From assembly GCA_045613845.1 (NCBI GenBank), contig JAZLBU010000098.1, positions 2,510 to 66,509 on the forward strand: a stretch of 64,000 bases of DNA, written 5' to 3'. This DNA comes from Prevotella sp. (lineage in GTDB: Bacteria > Bacteroidota > Bacteroidia > Bacteroidales > Bacteroidaceae). Positions within the stretch are counted from its first letter, which is position 1; every line of letters begins with the position of its first letter. The notes beneath the pieces are model-generated. The model was not told the origin of the DNA, ran no database searches, and saw nothing but the letters and a program-made list of their open reading frames with translations. The translations under genes and the position numbers were made by a program. Of the stretch, positions 50,684 through 59,959 are shown one piece after another.

Positions 50684-51092
50684 AAAGCAGTGCCCCTATA
50701 AGCCGGGTTCTGTTCCACCATAGAGGTGGCGCCTGTCATTTATCTAATCCGTATGTCACCATACGGCTTTAGCATTCTACCCTCCATCGTAAGCAAAACT
50801 TTCGGGCGAGCAGCCCTAACATGACGATGGTTTACTTGAACTTGCAGCCCCCAGCAGACACAGCACACTTGTCACCAAATGCCTGGTGGTCTCTTACACC
50901 ACCTTCTCACCCTTACCCAAGACAGCCTATGGTTATCTTCTTTGAACAAGTCAAAGTATAGGGCGGTTCTTTTCTTCTGCCTTTAGCTAATCATCACTGA
51001 CTACTTGTATTTTAGCAAGTGGGGAGCCCTATGCTGCCCGGACTTTCCTCTCGTGTATTGCTACACCAGCGACAGAGCCGGGGCACTGCTTT
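50684..51092 (-). ncRNA. rnpB: RNase P RNA (type A)
   Basis: The minus strand carries GAGGAAAGTCCGGGC near the 5' end and ACAGAACCCGGCTTA near the 3' end. The P1 helix AAAGCAGTGCCCC/GGGGCACTGCTTT closes the ends. Confidence 0.97.
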
Positions 51093-51123
51093 GTTTTTAG
51101 CTCCTTATAGTGCCTATTAAATC

Positions 51124-52428
51124 CTATTTGCTAAGCAAGTAGGATTTGAAATCTTCAAAGTTTTTACTCATGGCTATGCTCTGCTTGGTGCCCTTCATAA
51201 ACTCCTGAAGACGCTGAGGTATCTCGACGTCGGAAGAGAGAATATCGTCAACCTTCTCCTTGAACTTAGCAGGGTGAGCCGTTTCACAGAACACACCCAC
51301 CTCATCTGACTGGAGCAGGTCTTTGAGAGCCTGATAGCCACAAGCACCATGAGGGTCGAGAATGTATCCCGTCTCAGCATAGCAAGACTGCATGGTCTGC
51401 CTGATATTATTATCAGTATATGTAGCACCATCAATAATGCTGGTAACGAGCTGATGGTCACCCTTATAAAGGTCGTAAATACGAGCAAAGTTTGAAGGAT
51501 CGCCAACATCCATAGCATTAGCCAACGTAGCCTTAGAAGGCTTAGGGTTATACTCGCCTGTCTTCAGGTAGTTATAGAAGATGTCGTTGGCATTGTTAGC
51601 CGCTATGAAACGTTTGATTGGGAGTCCCATCTTATGACCAAACAACGCAGAACAGATATTGCCGAAATTGCCACTTGGCACACACATCACCAGCTGGTCA
51701 GCCAGTCCTATTTCCTTCATACGCGCATAGGCATTGAAATAATAGAACGACTGAGGCAGGAAACGTGCTACGTTGATGGAATTGGCTGAGGTGAGCTTCA
51801 TGTGATTATTCAGCTCTTCATCCATAAAGGCAGACTTGACGAGAGCCTGACAGTCGTCGAACACACCATCAACCTCTATGGCAGTGATATTCTTGCCGAG
51901 GGTGGTGAACTGACATTCCTGTATAGGACTGACCTTGCCCTTAGGATAAAGCACATAGACATGAATGCCCTCAACACCAAGGAAACCGTTGGCAACAGCC
52001 GAACCAGTATCGCCAGAGGTAGCTACGAGCACATTGACCTCTTTGCCGTTATTCTCCTTCTTGAGGAAATACTGCAACAGACGAGCCATGAAACGAGCAC
52101 CTACATCCTTGAATGCCAGCGTAGGTCCGTGGAAGAGTTCCAAAGAATATATCTGGTCGGTAACCTTCACCACAGGACAGTCGAACGCGAGGGTGTCATA
52201 CACTATCTTCTTGAGAGAGTCAGCATCAACGTCTTCGCCAAAGAAAGCATCAGCCACGGTGTATGCTATCTCCTGAAAAGACATCTTTTCGATACTGTCA
52301 AAGAATTCTTTTGGCAGGGGCTTGATGCGCTCAGGCATATAGAGACCTTTGTCTTCTGCCAATCCCTTGACTACCGCTTTCTCGAGCGAAGCCATAGGGG
52401 CTTTTTTGTTAGTTGAATAGTATTGCAT
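51124..52428 (-). CDS. thrC: Threonine synthase
   Basis: ELFHGPTLAFKD, ATSGDTG, SANSIN, PSGNFGN and TAHPAKF motifs. Confidence 0.98.
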   Translation of the reverse strand: MQYYSTNKKAPMASLEKAVVKGLAEDKGLYMPERIKPLPKEFFDSIEKMSFQEIAYTVADAFFGEDVDADSLKKIVYDTLAFDCPVVKVTDQIYSLELFHGPTLAFKDVGARFMARLLQYFLKKENNGKEVNVLVATSGDTGSAVANGFLGVEGIHVYVLYPKGKVSPIQECQFTTLGKNITAIEVDGVFDDCQALVKSAFMDEELNNHMKLTSANSINVARFLPQSFYYFNAYARMKEIGLADQLVMCVPSGNFGNICSALFGHKMGLPIKRFIAANNANDIFYNYLKTGEYNPKPSKATLANAMDVGDPSNFARIYDLYKGDHQLVTSIIDGATYTDNNIRQTMQSCYAETGYILDPHGACGYQALKDLLQSDEVGVFCETAHPAKFKEKVDDILSSDVEIPQRLQEFMKGTKQSIAMSKNFEDFKSYLLSK

Positions 52429-52432
52429 GGTT

Positions 52433-52487
52433 AATTGATAATTGACAATTGATAATTGATAATTGATAATTAATAATTAATAATTAA
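52433..52487. repeat. Heptamer tandem repeat AATTRAY x8 (last unit partial)
   Basis: Fills the gap between apgM and thrC and supplies the apgM stop codon. Confidence 0.92.
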
Positions 52488-53728
52488 AGGGCCATTAGTG
52501 TTTGCATAAACTCCTGAAGACGCAGAACTCCATAGCCACCACCGACACAGGTGAATTCGTCATAGGATTGCACCACATCGGGGGTGATGCCAGGATAGTA
52601 TATTATAAAAGGTACAGGCTCGCCCACGTGCACGCGAAGCTCTACGGGGGTGTAGTGGTCAGGAAGTACGGCAATGCACACTGGCTCAGACCATTTGCTT
52701 ACTTCCTCGTAGATAGGACCTATCATTCGGGAGTCGAGATTCTCGATAGTCTTGACCTTGAGGTCTATATCGCCATCATGACCAGCCTCGTCACTTGCCT
52801 CAACATGGAGGAAGACGAAATCCTTATGCTTGAGGTTATTGAGAGCAGCCTGCGTCTTACCCTCGTAGTTGGTGTTCCACAAACCTGTAGCACCTTCAAC
52901 CTTTACGATGTCGAGACCAGCATATTTGCCTATACCCTGAATAAGGTCGACTGCACTCACCACAGCACCAGTCTTGACCTGAGGATACTGCTCCATGAGA
53001 GTCTGCATAGCAGGACGATACCCACCACTCCACGGCCAGATGATATTGGCAAGGTCGGCACCATGCTTCTTACGTTCTATATTGAGAGGAGCCTGAGCCA
53101 GCACATCAACAGACTTAAGAATAAGGTCATTGAGCAGGTCAGCAGTTTCCTGTGGTGTCATCCTACCCTCTTCGTGGAAGTTCTCCATACCCTCTTCAGG
53201 TTTCACAAGCAGCGGACGCCACTGTTCGTTAGGATGATCATGAGGCGGAGCACAGACGATATGCTTGGAACCACCCTTAATGATGAGCAGATGACGATAC
53301 TGAATGCCACACACCCACTTCACCTTGTCAGAACCCAATTTCTCATTAAGCAGAGCCACGAGCGGTTTGGCATCTTCGGTCTGCAGGTTACCGCCATTAT
53401 GAGTCTTGATGGTGCCGTCTTCACGCACACAGATGATATTGCAACGCAAGGCGAGGTCGAGACTATCCATATCATAACCTATAGATGCAGCCTCAAGAGG
53501 TCCTCGACCTTCATACACCTTGTCGAGGTCGTAGCCTAAGATGGCTGTATTAGCAACCTCCGAACCCGGCGTGTAGCCTTCAGGCACGGTGACGAGTCTG
53601 CCTGTCCTACCATTCTTGGCAAGCATATCCATATAAGGAGTCTTGGCAAACTGCAGTGGTGTCTTGCCGCCTAATTTCTCTATCGGGTTATCGGCCATGC
53701 CGTCACCCAAGATTATTATTGTCTTCAT
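52484..53728 (-). CDS. Cofactor-independent phosphoglycerate mutase-like protein (ApgM family; proposed homoserine kinase in this context)
   Basis: ILGDGMAD, PGSEVA, GRGPLEA, HVEASDEAGHDG and PDHYTP motifs. Lies between thrA and thrC. Confidence 0.9.
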   Translation of the reverse strand: MKTIIILGDGMADNPIEKLGGKTPLQFAKTPYMDMLAKNGRTGRLVTVPEGYTPGSEVANTAILGYDLDKVYEGRGPLEAASIGYDMDSLDLALRCNIICVREDGTIKTHNGGNLQTEDAKPLVALLNEKLGSDKVKWVCGIQYRHLLIIKGGSKHIVCAPPHDHPNEQWRPLLVKPEEGMENFHEEGRMTPQETADLLNDLILKSVDVLAQAPLNIERKKHGADLANIIWPWSGGYRPAMQTLMEQYPQVKTGAVVSAVDLIQGIGKYAGLDIVKVEGATGLWNTNYEGKTQAALNNLKHKDFVFLHVEASDEAGHDGDIDLKVKTIENLDSRMIGPIYEEVSKWSEPVCIAVLPDHYTPVELRVHVGEPVPFIIYYPGITPDVVQSYDEFTCVGGGYGVLRLQEFMQTLMAL

Positions 53729-53788
53729 TGTTTAGTCGTATTGTTACGCCACCTCCTCGCTGATGCGAAGGGAACGATGGCTGAACTT

Positions 53789-56239
53789 TTAGATATTCGC
53801 GATGCTCAGGACATTAGCAAATACGCCCGCAGCGGTAACTGAGGCTCCTGCACCAAAGCCCTGTATGAGCATTGGATATTCCTTGTAACGCTCCGTGGAA
53901 AGGGTTACGATATTATTGCTACCCTCAAGCTCATAGAATGAGTGGTTGAGAGGAATGTCCTGCAGACCTACACTTGCCTTGACCTTGTCGCCCACGACCT
54001 CCATCTTAGCTACAAAACGCTGACGGCAGTTCTTTGCCTTGAGTTTCTTGCGATTCTCTTCAAACTGGGCATCAAGCTGTGGCAGTTTCTTCCAGAAACT
54101 CTCGACATCACCCTCGAAATAGTCGTCAGGAATGAAGAGATTCTTCTCCACATCAGCCTGCTCGATGCGATAGCCTGCCTCACGGGTGAGGATGATGAGT
54201 TTGCGAACCACATCCATACCGCTGAGGTCGATACGTGGATCGGGCTCAGAGAAACCAAGTTCCTTAGCCTGACGAACTGCCTGAGAGAGCGGACAATCTT
54301 CAGCCAGAGCATTGAATATATAGTTAAGCGTGCCACTCAATACTGCCTCAATCTTCAGTATCTTATCGCCAGAATTCTTGAGGTCGTTTATTGTGCCTAT
54401 TATAGGCAATCCTGCACCTACATTTGTCTCGAAGCGGAACTTCACTCCAGCCTTAAGAGCTGTTTCCTTCAGTTTCTGATAAGACTCATAATTGCCTGAT
54501 GCAGCAATCTTGTTGGCAGCCACCACGTTGACATTATGTTCCAACAGAGACTGGTAGAGCATAGCCACGTCCTTAGATGCCGTACAGTCCACAAACACTG
54601 AATTGAAGATATTCATATCAATGATGCCTTGAAGGAGTTTGCGCGAATCGCTTGGTTCGCTGGCAGCCAACTGTTCCTTATATGTGTCAAGATTGATGCC
54701 GTCACGAGAGAAAATAGCCTTCTTTGACGAAGCCACACCCACCACATTAAGTAACAAACGTGACTCCATCTTCAGCGTCTCATACTGGTCGCGAATCTGT
54801 TCTATGAGTTTAGCACCAACTGTTCCTACGCCACAGATAAAAAGGTTGAGCACCTTATATTCGGAAAGGAAGAAGGAGTCGTGAATCACATTGAGAGACT
54901 TTCGCAGATACATGCTCTTAACGACAAACGAGATATTGGTCTCAGATGCTCCCTGTGCACAAGCTATTACTGAGATACCAGAGCGACCGAGTGTGCCAAA
55001 AAGCTTACCTGCTATACCTGTGGTTCTCTTCATATTTTCACCCACAATGGCTATGGTGGCAAGACCAGTTTCAGCACTCATAGGGAACATTGCACCAGTC
55101 TTTATCTCTTTGGCAAACTCCTCATTGAGCACTCTTACTGCTTCGTCTACATCATCCTCCCTGACACCTATTGAAGTAGAGTTCTCAGATGAAGCCTGAG
55201 AGACCATGAAGACAGATATTCCGCTCTCAGCAAGAGTGGTAAAGATGCGCTGGTTGACACCTATCACACCCACCATAGACAGTCCCGTTACGGTGATGAG
55301 AGCTGTGCCGTTGATAGAAGAAATACCCTTGATCGGCTTGTGGTCGCCCTCTATCTTTTCCTTTATCACCGTTCCCTCAGCATCAGTGTTGAAGGTGTTC
55401 TTCACCTTGATAGGAATATTCTTGATGCAGACTGGGTAAATCGTTGGAGGATAGATAACCTTAGCACCGAAGTTGCAGAGCTCCATTGCCTCTACGTAGG
55501 AAAGTTCTCTGATAGGATAAGCACTGCTTATGACGCGAGGGTCGGCAGTCATGAAGCCATCGACATCGGTCCATATCTCAAGCACCGAAGCGTCAAGAGC
55601 TGCTGCTATGATGGCAGCGGTATAGTCAGAACCACCTCTGCCCAGATTGGTCGTCTCGCCAGTTTCAGCATCTTTAGAGATAAAACCTGGCACGAGGGAT
55701 ATGCGAGGCAGTTCGATGAATGTATCTTTCACCAGCTGGTTGGTAAGATCAACACTGAGTGCGTGCTTGCCATACTGGTTCTTTTGAGTCTTAATAAAAT
55801 CACGTGAGTCAAACCACTTGGCACCCTTGATGAGGGTAGCAACTATGTTTGACGACAGACGTTCGCCATAAGCCACGATGGCATCCTGAGTCTTCTCGGA
55901 AAGGTCGTGAATGAGATATACTCCGAAATAGATGGAACGTAACTGCTCCAATAAAGCGTCAACAGTATTGAAGAGTTTCTCTCTGTCAGTCTTATCAGTG
56001 ATTATTGTGTCTATCATCTTATGGTGACGGTCAACAATGCGCTCAAACTCGTCACGATAAGCTTCATTACCAGCCAAAGCCAACTGACTGGTCTGAATAA
56101 GTTTATCTGTTATGCCGCCAAGGGCACTTACTACTACTACAAGGGGTTGTTCTTTTGCCTCATTCTCTACAATCTGCTTGAGGCTTAAGATGCTTTCTAC
56201 GGAACCGACACTCGTTCCGCCAAACTTAAGTACTTTCAT
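53789..56239 (-). CDS. thrA: Bifunctional aspartate kinase/homoserine dehydrogenase I
   Basis: MKVLKFGGTSVG, LGRGGSDYTA, two ACT domains, ETNVGAGLP and SEPDPRIDLSG. Confidence 0.98.
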   Translation of the reverse strand: MKVLKFGGTSVGSVESILSLKQIVENEAKEQPLVVVVSALGGITDKLIQTSQLALAGNEAYRDEFERIVDRHHKMIDTIITDKTDREKLFNTVDALLEQLRSIYFGVYLIHDLSEKTQDAIVAYGERLSSNIVATLIKGAKWFDSRDFIKTQKNQYGKHALSVDLTNQLVKDTFIELPRISLVPGFISKDAETGETTNLGRGGSDYTAAIIAAALDASVLEIWTDVDGFMTADPRVISSAYPIRELSYVEAMELCNFGAKVIYPPTIYPVCIKNIPIKVKNTFNTDAEGTVIKEKIEGDHKPIKGISSINGTALITVTGLSMVGVIGVNQRIFTTLAESGISVFMVSQASSENSTSIGVREDDVDEAVRVLNEEFAKEIKTGAMFPMSAETGLATIAIVGENMKRTTGIAGKLFGTLGRSGISVIACAQGASETNISFVVKSMYLRKSLNVIHDSFFLSEYKVLNLFICGVGTVGAKLIEQIRDQYETLKMESRLLLNVVGVASSKKAIFSRDGINLDTYKEQLAASEPSDSRKLLQGIIDMNIFNSVFVDCTASKDVAMLYQSLLEHNVNVVAANKIAASGNYESYQKLKETALKAGVKFRFETNVGAGLPIIGTINDLKNSGDKILKIEAVLSGTLNYIFNALAEDCPLSQAVRQAKELGFSEPDPRIDLSGMDVVRKLIILTREAGYRIEQADVEKNLFIPDDYFEGDVESFWKKLPQLDAQFEENRKKLKAKNCRQRFVAKMEVVGDKVKASVGLQDIPLNHSFYELEGSNNIVTLSTERYKEYPMLIQGFGAGASVTAAGVFANVLSIANI

Positions 56240-56336
56240 AAATAATAACACATGGATGGCGCCATGCCGCTTTTTGATGATTAAAATTCCCCGTCACAAG
56301 TGGGGTTAACTTTGACCTTTATACAAAAATCAGTGG

Positions 56337-56395
56337 CAAAATTACTAAAAATAAACGAAAACAAAGACTAAAATAAAAACTTTTTTATACTTTTG
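56337..56395. promoter_or_regulatory. Divergent promoters (TAATTTTG on minus at 56337-56344 for thrA; TACTTTTG on plus at 56388-56395 for truA)
   Basis: TAnnTTTG consensus on both strands. Confidence 0.68.
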
Positions 56396-56403
56396 CACAG
56401 AAT

Positions 56404-57132
56404 ATGAGATATTTCATACATCTGGCATACGACGGAACACGCTATCACGGATGGCAGATACAACCCAACGGAATAAGTGTGGAGGGCGAGATAGAACTGC
56501 GTCTCTCTACCCTGTTGCGTCAGCCTATAGACATAGTTGGAGCAGGAAGAACAGACGCTGGAGTGCATGCACGTCACATGGTGGCACACTTTGATTTTGA
56601 GGATGGGTGCGACACAAAACAGTTGTGCTATCGTCTCAATCGCATGATGCCACCAGATATCTGCATCTATAAGATAGAGAAAGTTGCTGATGACCTTCAT
56701 GCCCGTTTCTCAGCTACTTCGCGTACATATCATTATTATATCTCAACCAAGCGTAATCCCTTCAATCGTCAATACACCTGGCTGTGTCATTATGACCTTG
56801 ATTTTGAATTGATGAACCAGGCGGCTGAGATACTTATGGAATACAAGGATTTTGCGTCATTCTGCAAAAGTCATACTGATGTAAAGACGACACTTTGCAA
56901 TATTATTGAAGCAAATTGGATAAAGGATGATGAGGGATGTTATTATTTCAGAATCAAGGCAAATCGTTTTCTTCGCAATATGGTGAGAGCTGTTGTAGGT
57001 ACACTCGTTGAGATTGGCAGACATCGTCTGTCTCTTGATGATTTCCGTAACGTGATAGAAGGGAAAAAGCGCACTATGGCTGGAGAATCAATGCCAGCTA
57101 ATGCTCTATTTCTTGAAAAAATAGAATATTAA
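56404..57132 (+). CDS. truA: tRNA pseudouridine(38-40) synthase
   Basis: YDGTRYHGWQIQP, GAGRTDAGVHA, HARFSA and FLRNMVR motifs. Confidence 0.97.
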   Translation: MRYFIHLAYDGTRYHGWQIQPNGISVEGEIELRLSTLLRQPIDIVGAGRTDAGVHARHMVAHFDFEDGCDTKQLCYRLNRMMPPDICIYKIEKVADDLHARFSATSRTYHYYISTKRNPFNRQYTWLCHYDLDFELMNQAAEILMEYKDFASFCKSHTDVKTTLCNIIEANWIKDDEGCYYFRIKANRFLRNMVRAVVGTLVEIGRHRLSLDDFRNVIEGKKRTMAGESMPANALFLEKIEY

Positions 57133-57143
57133 GGGGTTTGTAT

Positions 57144-57638
57144 TTAGAGGTATTTGAACAAAAGGTAACAATTCTTGTAACCTTCTGGCGTTGCTAGCCA
57201 TTCTTTAAGCAAGGTATCATCAATAAAGGAAGCTGTATGAAGCATAGCGAGTGACACCTCATTATCTTCAGGTACTATACAATATATCTGATGTAGATGA
57301 AGCGTATTCTTAGCATATTCGCTCATCAGTTGTAAAGCCTTATTAGCATAACCCTTGCCGCGTTCTGATTTCAGTATGGCAAGACCAAGTTCAGCCCTCT
57401 TGTTTGCTGGAGAGAAATTAAACAAATCAACAAGTCCTACTCCACTGCCCTTATCATCGCACACCACCAACCTCAGTTGCTTGTCTGCATATACGTCGTG
57501 CTGCTGACTCAGTATGTAGTTTTCTAAGTCATAACGGCTATATGGCGCATTGGTGTCAGCAACCTGCCATTGTTCCCTATCGTTTTCTATCGTATAGAGA
57601 AGTTCTAAGTCTTGTGGTTCAAGTGCTCTTAAGGTCAT
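57144..57638 (-). CDS. GNAT (RimJ/SpeG-like) N-acetyltransferase
   Basis: LRALEPQD, RAELGLAI...RGKGYA and LHQIY...N..SL. Confidence 0.88.
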   Translation of the reverse strand: MTLRALEPQDLELLYTIENDREQWQVADTNAPYSRYDLENYILSQQHDVYADKQLRLVVCDDKGSGVGLVDLFNFSPANKRAELGLAILKSERGKGYANKALQLMSEYAKNTLHLHQIYCIVPEDNEVSLAMLHTASFIDDTLLKEWLATPEGYKNCYLLFKYL

Positions 57639-57642
57639 CCGT

Positions 57643-57903
57643 TTACTCTGTTGTTTGTTGCTCAGGAACCTGTTTGTCTTTTCTTACAAAAAGGAGTGAT
57701 ATCGCAGTTATCGCTGCAAGATAGAAGTAGGTAGCCAACTCTCCTAAAAGAAAATAGGCAGCTATATCAGCCACTATAAGCATGACAAAGACTGCATACG
57801 TTATCTTACGCATATCACGTTTCTTGCCCATCCATAGCAACAGTGGTATAAGTACTATGGTGGAAAGAGTCAGGATATATTGAAAAATAAACTCTTGGTT
57901 CAT
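57643..57903 (-). CDS. Small three-helix membrane protein of unknown function
   Basis: 86 aa with three hydrophobic segments; fits tightly between fbp and the GNAT gene. Confidence 0.7.
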   Translation of the reverse strand: MNQEFIFQYILTLSTIVLIPLLLWMGKKRDMRKITYAVFVMLIVADIAAYFLLGELATYFYLAAITAISLLFVRKDKQVPEQQTTE

Positions 57904-57925
57904 TGCCTTTACTAACTGCTAATGA

Positions 57926-59938
57926 TTATTTTACCTCTTTTATAAAACCATGACGATAAGCATAAAGCAGCATCCTGAGGTCGTCAACCTGCTTCTTCAA
58001 TTCGCGTCCTCTGTCTGTATCTGCCACAAGTAGTCTGCGTCCTGTGGTTGCCACAATCTGGGTCTTCGACTTAATATCGCGTCCCTCACGCACAGCATCC
58101 TCTATATTCGTAAATGGTTCATGCTGAACGAGTTCAAACTCTCTTGAGTGGTAAACCAACGTATAACCCGCAATACCTGTCTCCTTATGGTAAGGCTCAG
58201 AGAAACCTCCGTCTATAACCATTATCTTGCCGTTGGCTTTTATCGGGCTCTCACCCTTCTTTACGTGAACTGGCACGTGACCGTTTATTATGTGACGGTT
58301 CTCACCCTTAACCCCGAAGGCATCAAGTATGGTATTTGCCATTTTCTCGGCTGTTGCCTCGTTGCCACGCAACTGGAAGAAGTAACCTTTCTTCTCCTCA
58401 TGGGTCTCCTTCTCGGCTAAGAAATAGCGCTCAAAGGTTGCCATCTTTGATTTATCAAAAAGACATGAATCCTTACCACACCATAGATAGAGGAAATAGT
58501 CACGGGCATAGTCTTTTTCTTCTTGTGGAGTATCGTTGGCGAAGGCTGAACGCACCAGCATTCCTATTCTATGCATCAACACATGACCTGATGCGAATAC
58601 TCCAGGCATTATCTCCACCTCTTTCAGGGTTCCGTCTTCATTGAGCGGTACTGAAGCGTGAAACAGCAGGTTATCATTGTATATGGCATACATACATCCG
58701 TGAGAGAGTATGGTGCGTATGTGTCGCTGCAATTTCTCAGATACTCTAAATGAGTGGTGCAACTTCGCCATCAACAGTTCTTCCTCTTTTGTGAATACAT
58801 CTGGATTTGCTGGGTTGACGGTTGGAAAATTCATGTCCAGCATCTTGTATCTCTTGCCGTCTATGTCACATGTACCGTCGTTAAAATCTACACGTGAGAA
58901 CATACAACGGTCATCCATCTTCCATACTGGATTACGTTTTATGAGTTGTGCCTCAGCCTTAAACTGCAACACCGAGATAGCCTTGTGCATCATAGCCATA
59001 AGGCGCAAGGTCTTCTCGTCAAAACGGTCTTTGTTTTCGCTGTTGAGTCGTGGTTTGAATGCTTCACAAGGGTCGTTGCCGTATGTCTCCATAGCGAATG
59101 TGGCGAGTGGCATGAGGTTGATGCCGTAACCGTCTTCCAAGGTCATAAGGTTGGCATAGCGCAGAGACAGTCTGATTACGTTACAGATGCAGGCATCATT
59201 TCCTGCACAGGCTCCCATCCACAGTATATCATGGTTGCCCCACTGCATATCCCATGAGTGATAGTTCATCAGTTTGTCCATGATGATGTGAGCACCAGGA
59301 CCTCTGTCATATATATCACCCAACAGGTGCAGCTGGTCTATTGCCAGACGTTGTATCACGTTTGCCAAAGCCGTGATAAAATCGTCTGCCGAGTCGGTTG
59401 ATATTATGGTGTCGATAATATTGTTTACGTAGGCAGCCTTGTTGTCGTCCTCTGTGCGTTCCTGTAGCAGTTCTTCAAGTATATAGCTGTATTCCTCAGG
59501 CAAATTCTTACGTATCTTAGAACGGGTGTATTTTGATGATATAACCCTAAACACTTCAACCAGTTGGTAGAGGGTCATGCGATACCATTCTGAGAGTTGC
59601 ACATCTGACGACTGATGCTGCGAAAATTCTGCTTTCACCAGTTCCAGTTTCTGCTCAGGATAATATATCAGGGTGCACAAATCTTTCTTAGCCTGATGGG
59701 GCATATATTCACCGAATATCTGGTCCACCTTCTGCGATATGCGTCCTGAAGCATTCTTCAGCACATGCAGGAATGCCTCATGCTCACCATGTATGTCCGC
59801 CAGGAAATGCTCGGTTCCCTTTGGCAAATTCATTATGGCTGAAAGGTTGATTATCTCGCTCGACGCTGTTGCTACATTAGGAAAAGACTTAGACAGCAAT
59901 TGCAGATAGTGTATGTTTTTTTCTATATCGTAGTTCAT
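57926..59938 (-). CDS. fbp: Fructose-1,6-bisphosphatase class 3
   Basis: LPKGTEHFLADIHGE, GDIYDRGP, QWGNHD, NGHVPV and IDGGFS motifs. Confidence 0.95.
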   Translation of the reverse strand: MNYDIEKNIHYLQLLSKSFPNVATASSEIINLSAIMNLPKGTEHFLADIHGEHEAFLHVLKNASGRISQKVDQIFGEYMPHQAKKDLCTLIYYPEQKLELVKAEFSQHQSSDVQLSEWYRMTLYQLVEVFRVISSKYTRSKIRKNLPEEYSYILEELLQERTEDDNKAAYVNNIIDTIISTDSADDFITALANVIQRLAIDQLHLLGDIYDRGPGAHIIMDKLMNYHSWDMQWGNHDILWMGACAGNDACICNVIRLSLRYANLMTLEDGYGINLMPLATFAMETYGNDPCEAFKPRLNSENKDRFDEKTLRLMAMMHKAISVLQFKAEAQLIKRNPVWKMDDRCMFSRVDFNDGTCDIDGKRYKMLDMNFPTVNPANPDVFTKEEELLMAKLHHSFRVSEKLQRHIRTILSHGCMYAIYNDNLLFHASVPLNEDGTLKEVEIMPGVFASGHVLMHRIGMLVRSAFANDTPQEEKDYARDYFLYLWCGKDSCLFDKSKMATFERYFLAEKETHEEKKGYFFQLRGNEATAEKMANTILDAFGVKGENRHIINGHVPVHVKKGESPIKANGKIMVIDGGFSEPYHKETGIAGYTLVYHSREFELVQHEPFTNIEDAVREGRDIKSKTQIVATTGRRLLVADTDRGRELKKQVDDLRMLLYAYRHGFIKEVK

Positions 59939-59959
59939 AAGATAGGTTAAAGGTTACCG

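Noticed and set aside
52502..53539. 345-aa + strand ORF
   Set aside because: Lies entirely antisense to the well-supported apgM-like gene; a shadow ORF arising from codon bias.
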